Assembly: GCA_963702895.1 (NCBI GenBank)
Contig: OY969767.1
Location: 1,696,001 to 1,760,000 of the forward strand
Length of the DNA stretch: 64,000 nt
Origin: an uncultured Elusimicrobia bacterium
GTDB taxonomy: Bacteria > Elusimicrobiota > Elusimicrobia > 2-01-FULL-59-12
Reading direction: 5' to 3'
A model generated the notes under the pieces. It did no database searches. It was not told the DNA's origin and saw nothing but the letters and a program-made list of their open reading frames with translations. Made by a program: the position numbers and the translations under genes. Numbering within the stretch: position 1 is the stretch's first letter; each line of letters opens with the position of its first letter. This document shows, one piece after another, positions 49,297 through 58,591 of this stretch.

Positions 49297-50781
49297 ATGG
49301 AAAAACTGATCTTCGAAAAATCGCAGCCCGGGCGCAAAGGCTATCAGCTGCCGGCCTTGGACGTTCCCTCCATTGATCCGGCGACGGTTCTGCCCAAGGC
49401 GTCCCTGCGCCAGCATCTGGCGGAACTGCCGGAGGTGAGCGAGCTGGACGTCGTGCGCCACTACACGCGCCTTTCGCAGCTCAACTTCAGCATCGACACG
49501 AATTTCTACCCCCTCGGCTCCTGCACCATGAAGTACAACCCCAAAGTGAACGAGCAGGTGGCGAACCTCACCGGTTTTAAAGCCCTGCATCCCCTTCAGC
49601 CGGCCTCCACCGCGCAGGGGTTCCTGCAGGTGTATTACGAGCTCGAGCGCATGCTCGCAGAGATCTGCGGCATGGCGGAATTCACGCTTCAGCCTTCGGC
49701 GGGGGCCCATGGAGAGCTCGCCGGGCTCCTGATCGCGCGCGCCTATCACAAATACAAAGGGAACCCGCGCAAGACCGTGATCGTGCCCGACTCCGCGCAC
49801 GGAACAAACCCGGCTTCCGCCATGATCGCCGGCTACAACGTGGTCACCGTCAAGTCTGACGCCAAAGGCGCCGTGGACCTGGCCGCGCTCAAAGCCGCTT
49901 TAAACAGCGATACCGCCGTTTTCATGCTGACCAACCCCAGCACGCTGGGCCTTTTTGAGAAAAACGTGAAGGAAATCGCCAAAATGGTTCACGACGTGGG
50001 AGCGCTCCTCTATTTGGACGGCGCGAACATGAACGCCCTCGTCGGCCTCGTGCGACCGGGTGACCTGGGCTTTGACATCATGCACTTAAATCTCCACAAG
50101 ACCTTCTCCACACCGCACGGAGGCGGCGGACCGGCGGCGGGTCCCGTGGGGGTGAGCCAGGCGCTCACGCCCTTCCTGCCGGTACCGCGCGTTCGAAAGA
50201 GCGAGCAGGGCTATTCGCTGGAAGAGGCTTCCCCCCTCTCGATCGGCAAGATGCGCGCGTTTAACGGCAACTCGCTCATCCTGTTGCGCGCCTACACCTA
50301 TATCCGCTGCCTCGGCCGCGAGGGCATCCGCCGCAACACCGAAACCGCGATCTTGAACGCCAACTACCTGCGCGTGAAGCTTCGCGATGCCTATCACGTC
50401 GCGATCGACGAGCCCTGCATGCATGAATGCATTTTCACGGCGGCCAAACAGAAGCCGAAGGGTGTGCGAACGCTCGATATCGCCAAACGGATGCTCGACT
50501 ACGGCTATCATCCCCCCACCATTTACTTTCCGCTCATCGTCGACGAAGCGATGATGATTGAGCCTACGGAAACAGAGTCGAAGCAAACGCTCGATCAGTT
50601 CATCGAGACCATGCGCCTCATCGCCAAAGAAGCGGAGGAGACCCCTGACAAACTCAAGCACGCTCCTTACACGACCCCCGTCCGCCGGCTCGATGAGGTC
50701 AAAGCCGCCCGTGAACCGAACTTAAGGTGGAAACCGGCTCCAGCGCACGTCCGAAGTCCGACGTCCGAGGTCCGGGGTTGA
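49297..50781 (+). CDS. gcvPB: Glycine dehydrogenase subunit B
   Basis: YPLGSCTMKYNP, SAHGTNPASA, NLHKTFSTPHGGGGP, IEPTETES. Confidence 0.96.
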   Translation: MEKLIFEKSQPGRKGYQLPALDVPSIDPATVLPKASLRQHLAELPEVSELDVVRHYTRLSQLNFSIDTNFYPLGSCTMKYNPKVNEQVANLTGFKALHPLQPASTAQGFLQVYYELERMLAEICGMAEFTLQPSAGAHGELAGLLIARAYHKYKGNPRKTVIVPDSAHGTNPASAMIAGYNVVTVKSDAKGAVDLAALKAALNSDTAVFMLTNPSTLGLFEKNVKEIAKMVHDVGALLYLDGANMNALVGLVRPGDLGFDIMHLNLHKTFSTPHGGGGPAAGPVGVSQALTPFLPVPRVRKSEQGYSLEEASPLSIGKMRAFNGNSLILLRAYTYIRCLGREGIRRNTETAILNANYLRVKLRDAYHVAIDEPCMHECIFTAAKQKPKGVRTLDIAKRMLDYGYHPPTIYFPLIVDEAMMIEPTETESKQTLDQFIETMRLIAKEAEETPDKLKHAPYTTPVRRLDEVKAAREPNLRWKPAPAHVRSPTSEVRG

Positions 50782-51416
50782 TCCTTGACGTCGCGCGTCG
50801 GACGTCGGACGTCCTTCTTCGCGACTGGCGTTTCGTAACGACACCCCCACTCACGGGCCAGGACAATATGCGCTATGACGCGCAAACGCTTGAGCGCGTC
50901 GGACTTGGAGAGCTTCCTCCCACCGTCCGCTTTTTCAGATTTCGCGAACCCACCGTCACATACGGTCACCTGCAAAAGATCGGGTCCATCCGCCCGCTTG
51001 TTCCTCAAGGCTGGGACACGGCTCAGCGCCCCACGGGCGGCGGCCTCGTTTTTCACGAGCATGACCTTTGCCTTTCCTTGTGCTGGCGAAAAGGCCAATC
51101 GCCCATCCCTCCCCGTCCCCGGGAGATGTACCGCTGGATCCACGCCGTGATCCGCAAAGGGCTGGGCGGCCATTTACAAACCGCCTCCTGCGCGGATGCC
51201 TGCGCGGAAAAGAAACCTTTCGCGCTCCGGGACTGTTTCAAGGAGCCTGTGGGCTACGATCTGCTCTCCGGTTCAGAGAAAGTGGTGGGAGGAGCCCTTC
51301 GCAGCACGCGCGAAGCCGTTCTCTATCAGGGTTCGATCCAAATCCCGATGGCCGAGCCCGCCGCCGAAGCCCTCCGGCGCGCCCTGGACGAGGCGCTGAC
51401 GGATCCCCATGTATAG
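50778..51416 (+). CDS. Lipoate-protein ligase / octanoyltransferase (LplA/LipM family)
   Basis: NMRYD, RPTGGGLVFH, CF...YDL....KVVGGA, QGSI. Start uncertain. Confidence 0.85.
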   Translation: MILDVARRTSDVLLRDWRFVTTPPLTGQDNMRYDAQTLERVGLGELPPTVRFFRFREPTVTYGHLQKIGSIRPLVPQGWDTAQRPTGGGLVFHEHDLCLSLCWRKGQSPIPPRPREMYRWIHAVIRKGLGGHLQTASCADACAEKKPFALRDCFKEPVGYDLLSGSEKVVGGALRSTREAVLYQGSIQIPMAEPAAEALRRALDEALTDPHV

Positions 51417-52854
51417 CCTGCCGCGCCCGAAAGCCTGGTTCATGATCATGGTTCTGGGCATCACCGCTTATGTGCCGACGCTTCGCATGGGCTTTCTCTG
51501 GGACGACCACGTCGTGATTGAATCCAATCCGAGAATTCGCGAGTGGTCGCTTCAAAACCTCAAAAAAGACTTTACGAGCGATATCTTCGACCATCAGGGC
51601 GATCCCTATTTCCGACCGATGACGAGCGTCATCAACCGGATCGATTATTCCCTCTGGGGAATGCGGGCCATGGGATACCACCTGACCAACCTCTTCTTCC
51701 ACCTCGGCAATGCCGTGCTCAGTTCCGAGCTTGCTCTGGTCCTTGGCATGTCCCCTTTAGCCGCTTTCATCGTTGGCAGCCTCTTCGCGGTCCATCCGAT
51801 CGCGGTGGAGCAGTTGATGATCGTGGCCGGCCGCGCGGAGTTGATGGTCTTCTTTTTTTCCATGGCCGCCATACTCCTGCTCGTGCGCCCCGGGCGCCAC
51901 TCGTTGGTATGGGGGTGGCTGGCTTATCTCCTGGCGCTTCTCTCAAAGGAAAACGCGGTCATGGTCCCCTTTTTACTGAGTCTCGTTCTCTACGCTCGCC
52001 AGGAGCCCCGAAAAACGTACACCCGCGGTGCGGCTCTGTGCTTGGCCTGGATACCCTATTTGTGGCTGCGCCACCGTGCCGTCGGACCGATGCTCCCGCA
52101 AACCGATCTTTGGCTCACCATCCGGTTTTTCACTCAGGAGTTTCCCCATGTCGTTTTTCGATATCTGGCCATCCTGATGATACCCTGGAATCTTCATTCA
52201 CACCGCCTTCTCCCACACTTGAATCATTTCTGGCCGGCAACCCTGGCATTGCTTCTTTCCGGGTGCGTCTTTCTCATCAGGCGGTACAAACGACTGGCCG
52301 CCTTCTGTGTCCTCTGGTTCGTGTTGACGCTGCTCCCGCGAACGCCCGTCATGATCTTCGGGAATTTCATGCTCGATCACTGGGTCTATCCCGCGACGCT
52401 CAGCGTGATCATCCCTTTTGCATGGCTTGTCTCACATGTCTGGGAGAGCCAACAGAAACATCGCCTGGCGCTCGTTGGCGCTCTTTACTTTGTGGTTCTG
52501 ATCGTGTGGGCCCTGTTCGTCCATCTCAACGTCGCTCTTCGAGGAACTGACGAAAAGATGTATCGCTGGGCCCTTCACTTCACCACGTCCAATCCGATTC
52601 ACTACAACCTCGGCATTCTTCTGCTTCAGTCGGGGCGCGCGCAGGAAGCCATTCCCCACCTGGCGATCGTCTGTGGCTATTATCCTGAGAACCCCGATAA
52701 CGCTCATGCGTTGGCGCTGGCCTATGCTCAGGCTGGACATGTGGGTGCCGCCTGTCAGATCCTGGAAGGATTACGCGAAGCTCATCCCTCGTATCAGCCG
52801 GCCGTTCAAAGCCTGCGCGCCGCCAAGGCACTTCTCCAAAGTAAGAAGAAATAA
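51409..52854 (+). CDS. TMTC-like GT-C membrane protein with C-terminal TPR
   Basis: FLWDD, YFRP, YHLTNL.FH, FAVHP..VE, SKENA; TPR-like tail. Confidence 0.82.
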   Translation: MYSLPRPKAWFMIMVLGITAYVPTLRMGFLWDDHVVIESNPRIREWSLQNLKKDFTSDIFDHQGDPYFRPMTSVINRIDYSLWGMRAMGYHLTNLFFHLGNAVLSSELALVLGMSPLAAFIVGSLFAVHPIAVEQLMIVAGRAELMVFFFSMAAILLLVRPGRHSLVWGWLAYLLALLSKENAVMVPFLLSLVLYARQEPRKTYTRGAALCLAWIPYLWLRHRAVGPMLPQTDLWLTIRFFTQEFPHVVFRYLAILMIPWNLHSHRLLPHLNHFWPATLALLLSGCVFLIRRYKRLAAFCVLWFVLTLLPRTPVMIFGNFMLDHWVYPATLSVIIPFAWLVSHVWESQQKHRLALVGALYFVVLIVWALFVHLNVALRGTDEKMYRWALHFTTSNPIHYNLGILLLQSGRAQEAIPHLAIVCGYYPENPDNAHALALAYAQAGHVGAACQILEGLREAHPSYQPAVQSLRAAKALLQSKKK

Positions 52855-52880
52855 GACACTCCCCAGCCAGAACATTTTTC

Positions 52881-52936
52881 TTGACAGTCCTTTTATATTC
52901 TATTAGGATCTCACACGTTATCACCGATTAGGTGAT
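52881..52936 (+). promoter_or_regulatory. sigma70 promoter with downstream palindromic operator
   Basis: TTGACA-N17-TAGGAT; ATCACC-N5-GGTGAT at 52920-52936. Confidence 0.6.
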
Positions 52937-52944
52937 TTCCTAAT

Positions 52945-53136
52945 ATGCCACATCTCAACGTGTATTTGTCAAAAGAACGGGAGAAATGGCTCCGCGAGAA
53001 CCTCCAGGACCTCGCCAACCAGGACAACCGCTCACTTTCGTACATCGTGGAGGAAGCCCTTGTCCAATTCATCAAAAGCCAAGGTAAACATGTTCCACAA
53101 GATCGAAGAAAGGACCATCGCCACCGTGCATCCTAA
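52945..53136 (+). CDS. Ribbon-helix-helix (CopG/Arc-like) DNA-binding protein
   Basis: HLNVYL beta ribbon; L..LA....RSLSYIVEEAL..F. Confidence 0.75.
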   Translation: MPHLNVYLSKEREKWLRENLQDLANQDNRSLSYIVEEALVQFIKSQGKHVPQDRRKDHRHRAS

Positions 53137-55624
53137 ACCAAGATTCCCCCAACATTCCTACGTGTTGATCTGCGCCACCCTGGTGGCGACCCCCCTTTTC
53201 GTCCAGGGAGCGCTGCTTCCCCTGATCAAAGACCAAGACATTAAGCGCATCACTTTTGTTGGACGGTGTGAGCAAAACCAATGGTCGACCAATAAGCATG
53301 ACGTGGTCGAGATCACCATGAGCGCCGAACCCGGGGAGTCCTGCGAAGCGCGGCTTCATTTTCGCGAAAAGTACGAGCTCAAGGATCTTGGCGGGTTCCA
53401 GTTCTACGCGAAAAGCTCACGTCCTCACCAGCGCATGGCCGTCGAAATCGTAGGCACAACAGAAGGCGACCCCGAGGATAGCCTTGCACGCACGCGCCCC
53501 TTCAGCGTGACGGATGAATGGACCCCCGACGCCCTACGCTTTCAACACATGAAGCGCGGTTGGCAGCCGAAGACGATTTCAGAAATTCGATTCATCGCCA
53601 TGTCCGAAACAGGCCGTTCTGCCCCCTCTCTTTCTCTTAAAGCGATCCGCTTCTTTGGCGTGACCATCGCACGCGCGGGCCAGACCGTCGATGAAATTGC
53701 CACGCCTGCCGCCGCGGATATCCCGGTCGACCGACAGCTCGTTTGTGTCGCCGCGAGCGACTTGCCAGCCTTGCAGTCGCCCATCAAACCATCCGGTGAA
53801 AGCACCATTACCTCTGAGGCAAAGCATTTGTTCAAGCTTCTCTTGGCCAAGGTCCTCTCCATCACACAAAGGCAGTACGCGACCACCTCTGTTGTTATTC
53901 TCTGGGTGGCAGGCGCCTTCTGGCTGTTACGCCGGCGAAAACCCTCCTTGGTCAGCATCGTCGCACCGCTCTATGAGATCAATGTTCGCACTTGGAAAAG
54001 TTTCCGGGACGCCGATGGCGTGCATCATCTGGGCGGCTTGAACGCATTAACACTGAGCGATCTCAAGTCGATGAAAGCCTCCGGCTTTAACAGCATTTGG
54101 CTCATGGGGCTCTGGGACATCGGCGGCAAGGTCCGCGCCATCTCCCGGCGTTATGGCCAAGATTTCATGGGCTCACCCTTTGCCATTCGGGACTACCGTG
54201 TGTCCGACGAGCTTGGAACGGACAAGGATTTTGATGCCCTTGTGGAACGCGCGCACTTGGTGGGCCTGAAAGTGATCGTGGATTTTGTTCCCAATCACAT
54301 GGGCATGGACAGCGACTGGCTCAACGATCATCCGGAGTACTTTATCCACAAACTCCCCGCTCCCAGCGAGATCGGGCTGTCCGACTCGGAGCTGGAAAAA
54401 CGTCATCCAGGTTATTTTGTGCACCGCACCCCCTCCTATCCTGAGGGACGTCGCCGCGTACCACGAACGATTCTGGTCGCCTATGGCAAAGACCCCTATT
54501 TCTACCCTTGGATCGATACCGCCCAACTGGACTATGCGGAACCAGCCTTGCGGCGCAAAATGACCGAGACCCTTTGCGATTTGGCCAGAAAAGTCGATGG
54601 TGTGCGCTGTGACATGGCCATGCTCGTACTCCGTGAACAAGTGAAGATCCATCGGCACCCCGAGATGTCCTGGGACAACTTTAACCGCCTCATGCCGGAA
54701 GAGTTCTGGCCGGAAGCGATCCACGCGGCCAAGCGTGTGAAACCAACCTTCACCTTCATGGCAGAAACCTACTGGGCGATGGAAGGCTACCTGCAGCAGC
54801 TCGGTTTTGACTACACCTACAACAAGCCGCTTTATGAAGCGATCTGCAGCACGCTTCAGAATGGAAATGCTGAAGGGCTCTTGAATTTCATTCGCATGTT
54901 GGGCGATGACTTCCTCAATCGAGGTGTCCATTTTATTGAAAACCACGACGAGGAGCGCGCCATGAACACCCTCGGGGATGAACGCCAGCGAGCGGCGGCT
55001 GCGGTCATCGCGACGCTGCCCGGCGTAGCTTTGATCCATCAGGGGCAAATGGAAGGAAGGCGCGAGAGGCTTCCTGTGCAACGCGTGGTCCCCATCCACC
55101 ATGAACCGATTCATACGAAGCTTAGAAGTTTTTATGAGGGCCTTTTGCGGAAGACTTCCGGCAGGCTTTTCCGTGAGGGAAGGCTCAGCGTCCTTTACAG
55201 CAACAACTCCTCTTTCATTACTTTTGCCAGGACGATCGATAACCAGAAAGCGGTTATCATCATCAACACGACCGGTCATTTCCAGAAAGGAAGCGTCAGC
55301 CTCATGCCCAGTCTCCATTTAAAGTCGGATGTGGGGTATGAACTGAGCGACCTCTATTATGAGCTCAAGCCCGCGGACACGCGCCATAAGAGCACCGTCA
55401 TGCCCACCTATCATTACACTGCTTCCCATCTGATCACCCAGGGGCTCTATGTGGAATTGGGGCCGTACGATGCTCATATCTTCCTGATTGAGCCGGAGAC
55501 AGGATCCAAGGCGCTCGAGCGCATCAAGCACGGCCTAAGGGTCCTTCAGGACGCTCTTCCCCTTCCTCGCGCCATGCGACGTCTCGTGGGACCTACGATG
55601 ATGAGGTCGGGGGATACGAAGTAG
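53090..55624 (+). CDS. GH13 alpha-amylase-family protein with N-terminal beta-sandwich domain and TM helix
   Basis: YEINVR, DFVPNH, W.DTAQLDY, DGVRCDMA (Asp), AETYW (Glu), ENHDE (Asp); TM VVILWVAGAFWLL-RRRK. Confidence 0.88.
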   Translation: MFHKIEERTIATVHPKPRFPQHSYVLICATLVATPLFVQGALLPLIKDQDIKRITFVGRCEQNQWSTNKHDVVEITMSAEPGESCEARLHFREKYELKDLGGFQFYAKSSRPHQRMAVEIVGTTEGDPEDSLARTRPFSVTDEWTPDALRFQHMKRGWQPKTISEIRFIAMSETGRSAPSLSLKAIRFFGVTIARAGQTVDEIATPAAADIPVDRQLVCVAASDLPALQSPIKPSGESTITSEAKHLFKLLLAKVLSITQRQYATTSVVILWVAGAFWLLRRRKPSLVSIVAPLYEINVRTWKSFRDADGVHHLGGLNALTLSDLKSMKASGFNSIWLMGLWDIGGKVRAISRRYGQDFMGSPFAIRDYRVSDELGTDKDFDALVERAHLVGLKVIVDFVPNHMGMDSDWLNDHPEYFIHKLPAPSEIGLSDSELEKRHPGYFVHRTPSYPEGRRRVPRTILVAYGKDPYFYPWIDTAQLDYAEPALRRKMTETLCDLARKVDGVRCDMAMLVLREQVKIHRHPEMSWDNFNRLMPEEFWPEAIHAAKRVKPTFTFMAETYWAMEGYLQQLGFDYTYNKPLYEAICSTLQNGNAEGLLNFIRMLGDDFLNRGVHFIENHDEERAMNTLGDERQRAAAAVIATLPGVALIHQGQMEGRRERLPVQRVVPIHHEPIHTKLRSFYEGLLRKTSGRLFREGRLSVLYSNNSSFITFARTIDNQKAVIIINTTGHFQKGSVSLMPSLHLKSDVGYELSDLYYELKPADTRHKSTVMPTYHYTASHLITQGLYVELGPYDAHIFLIEPETGSKALERIKHGLRVLQDALPLPRAMRRLVGPTMMRSGDTK

Positions 55625-56690
55625 TCGAAAGCTTCTCCACAGCCCAGGCGGCATGTTCACGCACAACCAATTCCCGATCATCGCATAAAGCTTGGAGTTG
55701 AGGGAGGAGGTCTTTCCTTTGCAGATTGGCGGCCGCAACGCAGGCATTTCGGATCATCCCTGAGCGCCCCGCGCGCATGAACGCCGTGCCCGAAAAGGCT
55801 TGCGCAAAGGCATCCTCCGTCGGGATCGACAAGAGTTCGCGCAAGCCCATCTCGAAAGCCCCTGCCAGATCCAGCGCGTTGTGCGGACAGACCTCCTGAC
55901 AAACATCACACCCGAACACCCAGGGCCCCATCTTCTTGCGCAGGTCTTGCGGAAGACTCCCTCCGTGTTCGATCGTCCAATAGGCAATGCAGAGCCTGGC
56001 ATCCAAATGATAAGGCTCCGTGATGGCTTGCGTGGGACAGGCTGCAAGGCATAGCCGGCATTCCCCGCAAGAACGTTCATCCGACCGATCCGGAGGAAGG
56101 TCTAAAGTGGTGATCACACTGGCCAGAAAGACCCAAGAGCCAAGGCCTCGCGTGATGAGCATCGTGTTCTTTCCGATAAAGCCCAGGCCAGCCTTCTGCG
56201 CAAAAGCACGTTCGAGGAGCGGCCCTGTATCCACCAAACCTTTATAGCGCGCTTCCGGGGCAAGCGCTTCGAGGTAGCGCACAAGTGCGTCCAGCCGCTT
56301 TCGGATCACCCGGTGATAATCCTTCCCCCGTGCGTAGCGAGCCGCACGCCCTTCCTTCGTATGGGGGTATCGGGGTAACGGGGTGTCGGGGTAACGGCTG
56401 TTACTCCGATACTCCGATACTCCGTCACCAACCCTCGGATTGTCATATCTCATGGCCAGGGCGATGACGCTTTTGGCGCCTGGGAGAAGCTGGTCGGGAC
56501 GCGCACGACGCGCGGGGTTCTGCTCCATGTAGTGCATCGACCCCGCGCACCCTTGGGCAAGCCACTCTTGGAGGTGATGCTCCTGCGCAGGCAGGGACAC
56601 GGCGCGGGCGATGCCGACGCGCTCAAAACCGAGCGAACGAGCGTAACGCACAAGACTCGATTTAATGTCGGACGAGTTGCAGGAAGTCAT
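55593..56690 (-). CDS. queG: Epoxyqueuosine reductase
   Basis: YARGKDYH, VDTGPLLER, GLGFIGKN, CGECRLCLAACPT, FGCDVCQEVCPHN, RNA. Confidence 0.95.
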   Translation of the reverse strand: MTSCNSSDIKSSLVRYARSLGFERVGIARAVSLPAQEHHLQEWLAQGCAGSMHYMEQNPARRARPDQLLPGAKSVIALAMRYDNPRVGDGVSEYRSNSRYPDTPLPRYPHTKEGRAARYARGKDYHRVIRKRLDALVRYLEALAPEARYKGLVDTGPLLERAFAQKAGLGFIGKNTMLITRGLGSWVFLASVITTLDLPPDRSDERSCGECRLCLAACPTQAITEPYHLDARLCIAYWTIEHGGSLPQDLRKKMGPWVFGCDVCQEVCPHNALDLAGAFEMGLRELLSIPTEDAFAQAFSGTAFMRAGRSGMIRNACVAAANLQRKDLLPQLQALCDDRELVVREHAAWAVEKLSTTSYPPTSSS

Positions 56691-57339
56691 CGCGGCTTTG
56701 GGCCATAAGAAAAGGGTTCGTTTTCTTTTCCTGCCCCAGCTTGTTGTGGCTTGATGCCCCATAATCATGACCGGGGTAGAAGACTGTTTCGTCATCGAGT
56801 TTCTTGATCTTTTGAAGACTATGAAAGAACCCTTGAGGATCGGAGTAGGGAAAATCACAGCGGCCGATGGTCCCGACAAAAAGCGTGTCCCCCGTCAGGA
56901 GCGCATGCGCCGCTCCGCCAGAGTTGTGACGGACCAGCATGCATCGCGACCCGGGAGTGTGTCCGGGGGTATGAATCATCTGCACATCCAGAGCGCCCAC
57001 GCGTACCGCTTCGGCCGTTGACGTCTTTTTTAGGCTTGAGCGCGGGATGACCATGCCCCCCATACCTTCAAAAATGAACTCTTCGAGCTCGCCTCTTTCA
57101 GCGCAGACCGTGGCGTCCGTTTGTTCGACCAACGCCTCGACGCCGTTGATGTGGTCGTAATGCCCATGGGAGAGCAGAATATGGGTAATGCGAAAACCCT
57201 GCAGGTGGGCCTCTTTGACGATCGCCGGCACATTCCAAGCCGGATCGACGACCGCGGCTTCCTTCGTTTGTGGATCGCCCACCAGGTAGACGTAGTTTTG
57301 CATCGGCCCCAGTGCCATTTGTTTGAGAAAGATGGACAT
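56662..57339 (-). CDS. Metallo-beta-lactamase fold hydrolase (glyoxalase II-like)
   Basis: SHGHYDH, TPGHTPG, TGDTLF, YPGHDY. Confidence 0.92.
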   Translation of the reverse strand: MSIFLKQMALGPMQNYVYLVGDPQTKEAAVVDPAWNVPAIVKEAHLQGFRITHILLSHGHYDHINGVEALVEQTDATVCAERGELEEFIFEGMGGMVIPRSSLKKTSTAEAVRVGALDVQMIHTPGHTPGSRCMLVRHNSGGAAHALLTGDTLFVGTIGRCDFPYSDPQGFFHSLQKIKKLDDETVFYPGHDYGASSHNKLGQEKKTNPFLMAQSRDDFLQLVRH

Positions 57340-57340
57340 A

Positions 57341-58540
57341 TCAGTAAAGAAGGTAGGATTGCCGGGTTTTCGCGAATCTCTCGGCACTCCGGTGGAAGAC
57401 CTCCAGGATCTCCGCCGCGGGTTTGTCTTGAAGAAAGAGATGTTGAAAGTCTTGAGAACCTGTCATGCGAGCCACTTCATCCCAGCGCGGTTGGAAATCT
57501 TTCTTCCATAGCTCCCGGATCCAGCAACTCGCTTGGACAAACAGATCGATGGGACGGGCGAGTTTGGCGTCCAGAACCTGGATTCGAACACCCGAACAGA
57601 GCTGTCCTTGATAGAGATCCGCTTGAGGGGTGAACGTAACCGCCTGGAATCGAAACCCCGGCAGGCTGAGATCATTTAATTTCTGGGCCAGCTTCTCACC
57701 GTCGATCCAAGGGGCTCCGAAATACTCAAAGGGCGAGTCCGTGCCGCGTCCGACTGAAACATTGGTCGCTTCAAAAAGGCCGACCCCCGGATAGAGGAGG
57801 GCCGAGGTCACGCTCTGAATATTCGGCGATGGCGGGATAAAGTCCCTGCCCGTCTCCTGCCAGAGCATGGAACGCGACCAATTCTTGAGCGGAATCACGC
57901 TTAAGGCGACATCGAGCCGCTTGTGCTCTTTGTACCACATGGCCAGTTCCCCTGGTGTAAACCCATGCCGGACAGGTATTTCGTAATACGCGGTGAAATG
58001 GCGAAGTCGAGGATCCAAGACCTGGCCTTCCAGAATATCCCCCCCCACCGGGTTTGGACGATCCAGAACAACAAAACCAATACCCCGTTCCGAGGCCGCC
58101 TCCATCGCCATCCCCATGGTCGTAAGATAGGTGTAAAAGCGCGTGCCGACGTCTTGCATATCAAAGACGAGCACATCGATGGAGTTGAGCATATCCGGCG
58201 AAGGTTTGCGCACAGACCCGTAAAGGCTGTAGACCGGTAAGCGCAGCCTGGGATCCAGCGTATCACCGACCCATTCGCCATGGCTTTCCTTACCCCGAAT
58301 GCCATGCTCGGGCGAAAATAACGCGACCAGCTTGACCCCGGGCGCTTGAGCGAGGAGATCAGCCGTACTTCTTCCCTCGCTATCGACTCCCGTATGATTG
58401 GTGATGAGGCCCACCTGTTTGCCTTGGAGCATCGCGTAACCCTGTGAAACAAGAACCTCCACCCCCACCACGACGGCGGGGGCCTTGGCCTGGGCGACGC
58501 TCAGAAGCGTGCATAAGAAGAAGACAATCGCTTGTTTCAT
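57341..58540 (-). CDS. namZ: Exo-beta-N-acetylmuramidase NamZ (DUF1343), exported
   Basis: GLITNHTG, FSPEHG, SLYG, DMQDVGTRFYTY, DRPNP, PSPN, GRGT..PF. Confidence 0.9.
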   Translation of the reverse strand: MKQAIVFFLCTLLSVAQAKAPAVVVGVEVLVSQGYAMLQGKQVGLITNHTGVDSEGRSTADLLAQAPGVKLVALFSPEHGIRGKESHGEWVGDTLDPRLRLPVYSLYGSVRKPSPDMLNSIDVLVFDMQDVGTRFYTYLTTMGMAMEAASERGIGFVVLDRPNPVGGDILEGQVLDPRLRHFTAYYEIPVRHGFTPGELAMWYKEHKRLDVALSVIPLKNWSRSMLWQETGRDFIPPSPNIQSVTSALLYPGVGLFEATNVSVGRGTDSPFEYFGAPWIDGEKLAQKLNDLSLPGFRFQAVTFTPQADLYQGQLCSGVRIQVLDAKLARPIDLFVQASCWIRELWKKDFQPRWDEVARMTGSQDFQHLFLQDKPAAEILEVFHRSAERFAKTRQSYLLY

Positions 58541-58591
58541 CGTCGAGCATGATCATATAACCGAACAACGAAAAATGCTACTGTAGCGCCG

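Noticed and set aside
52945..53136. Toxin-antitoxin module (RHH antitoxin)
   Set aside because: The downstream gene is an 844-aa GH13, not a small toxin.
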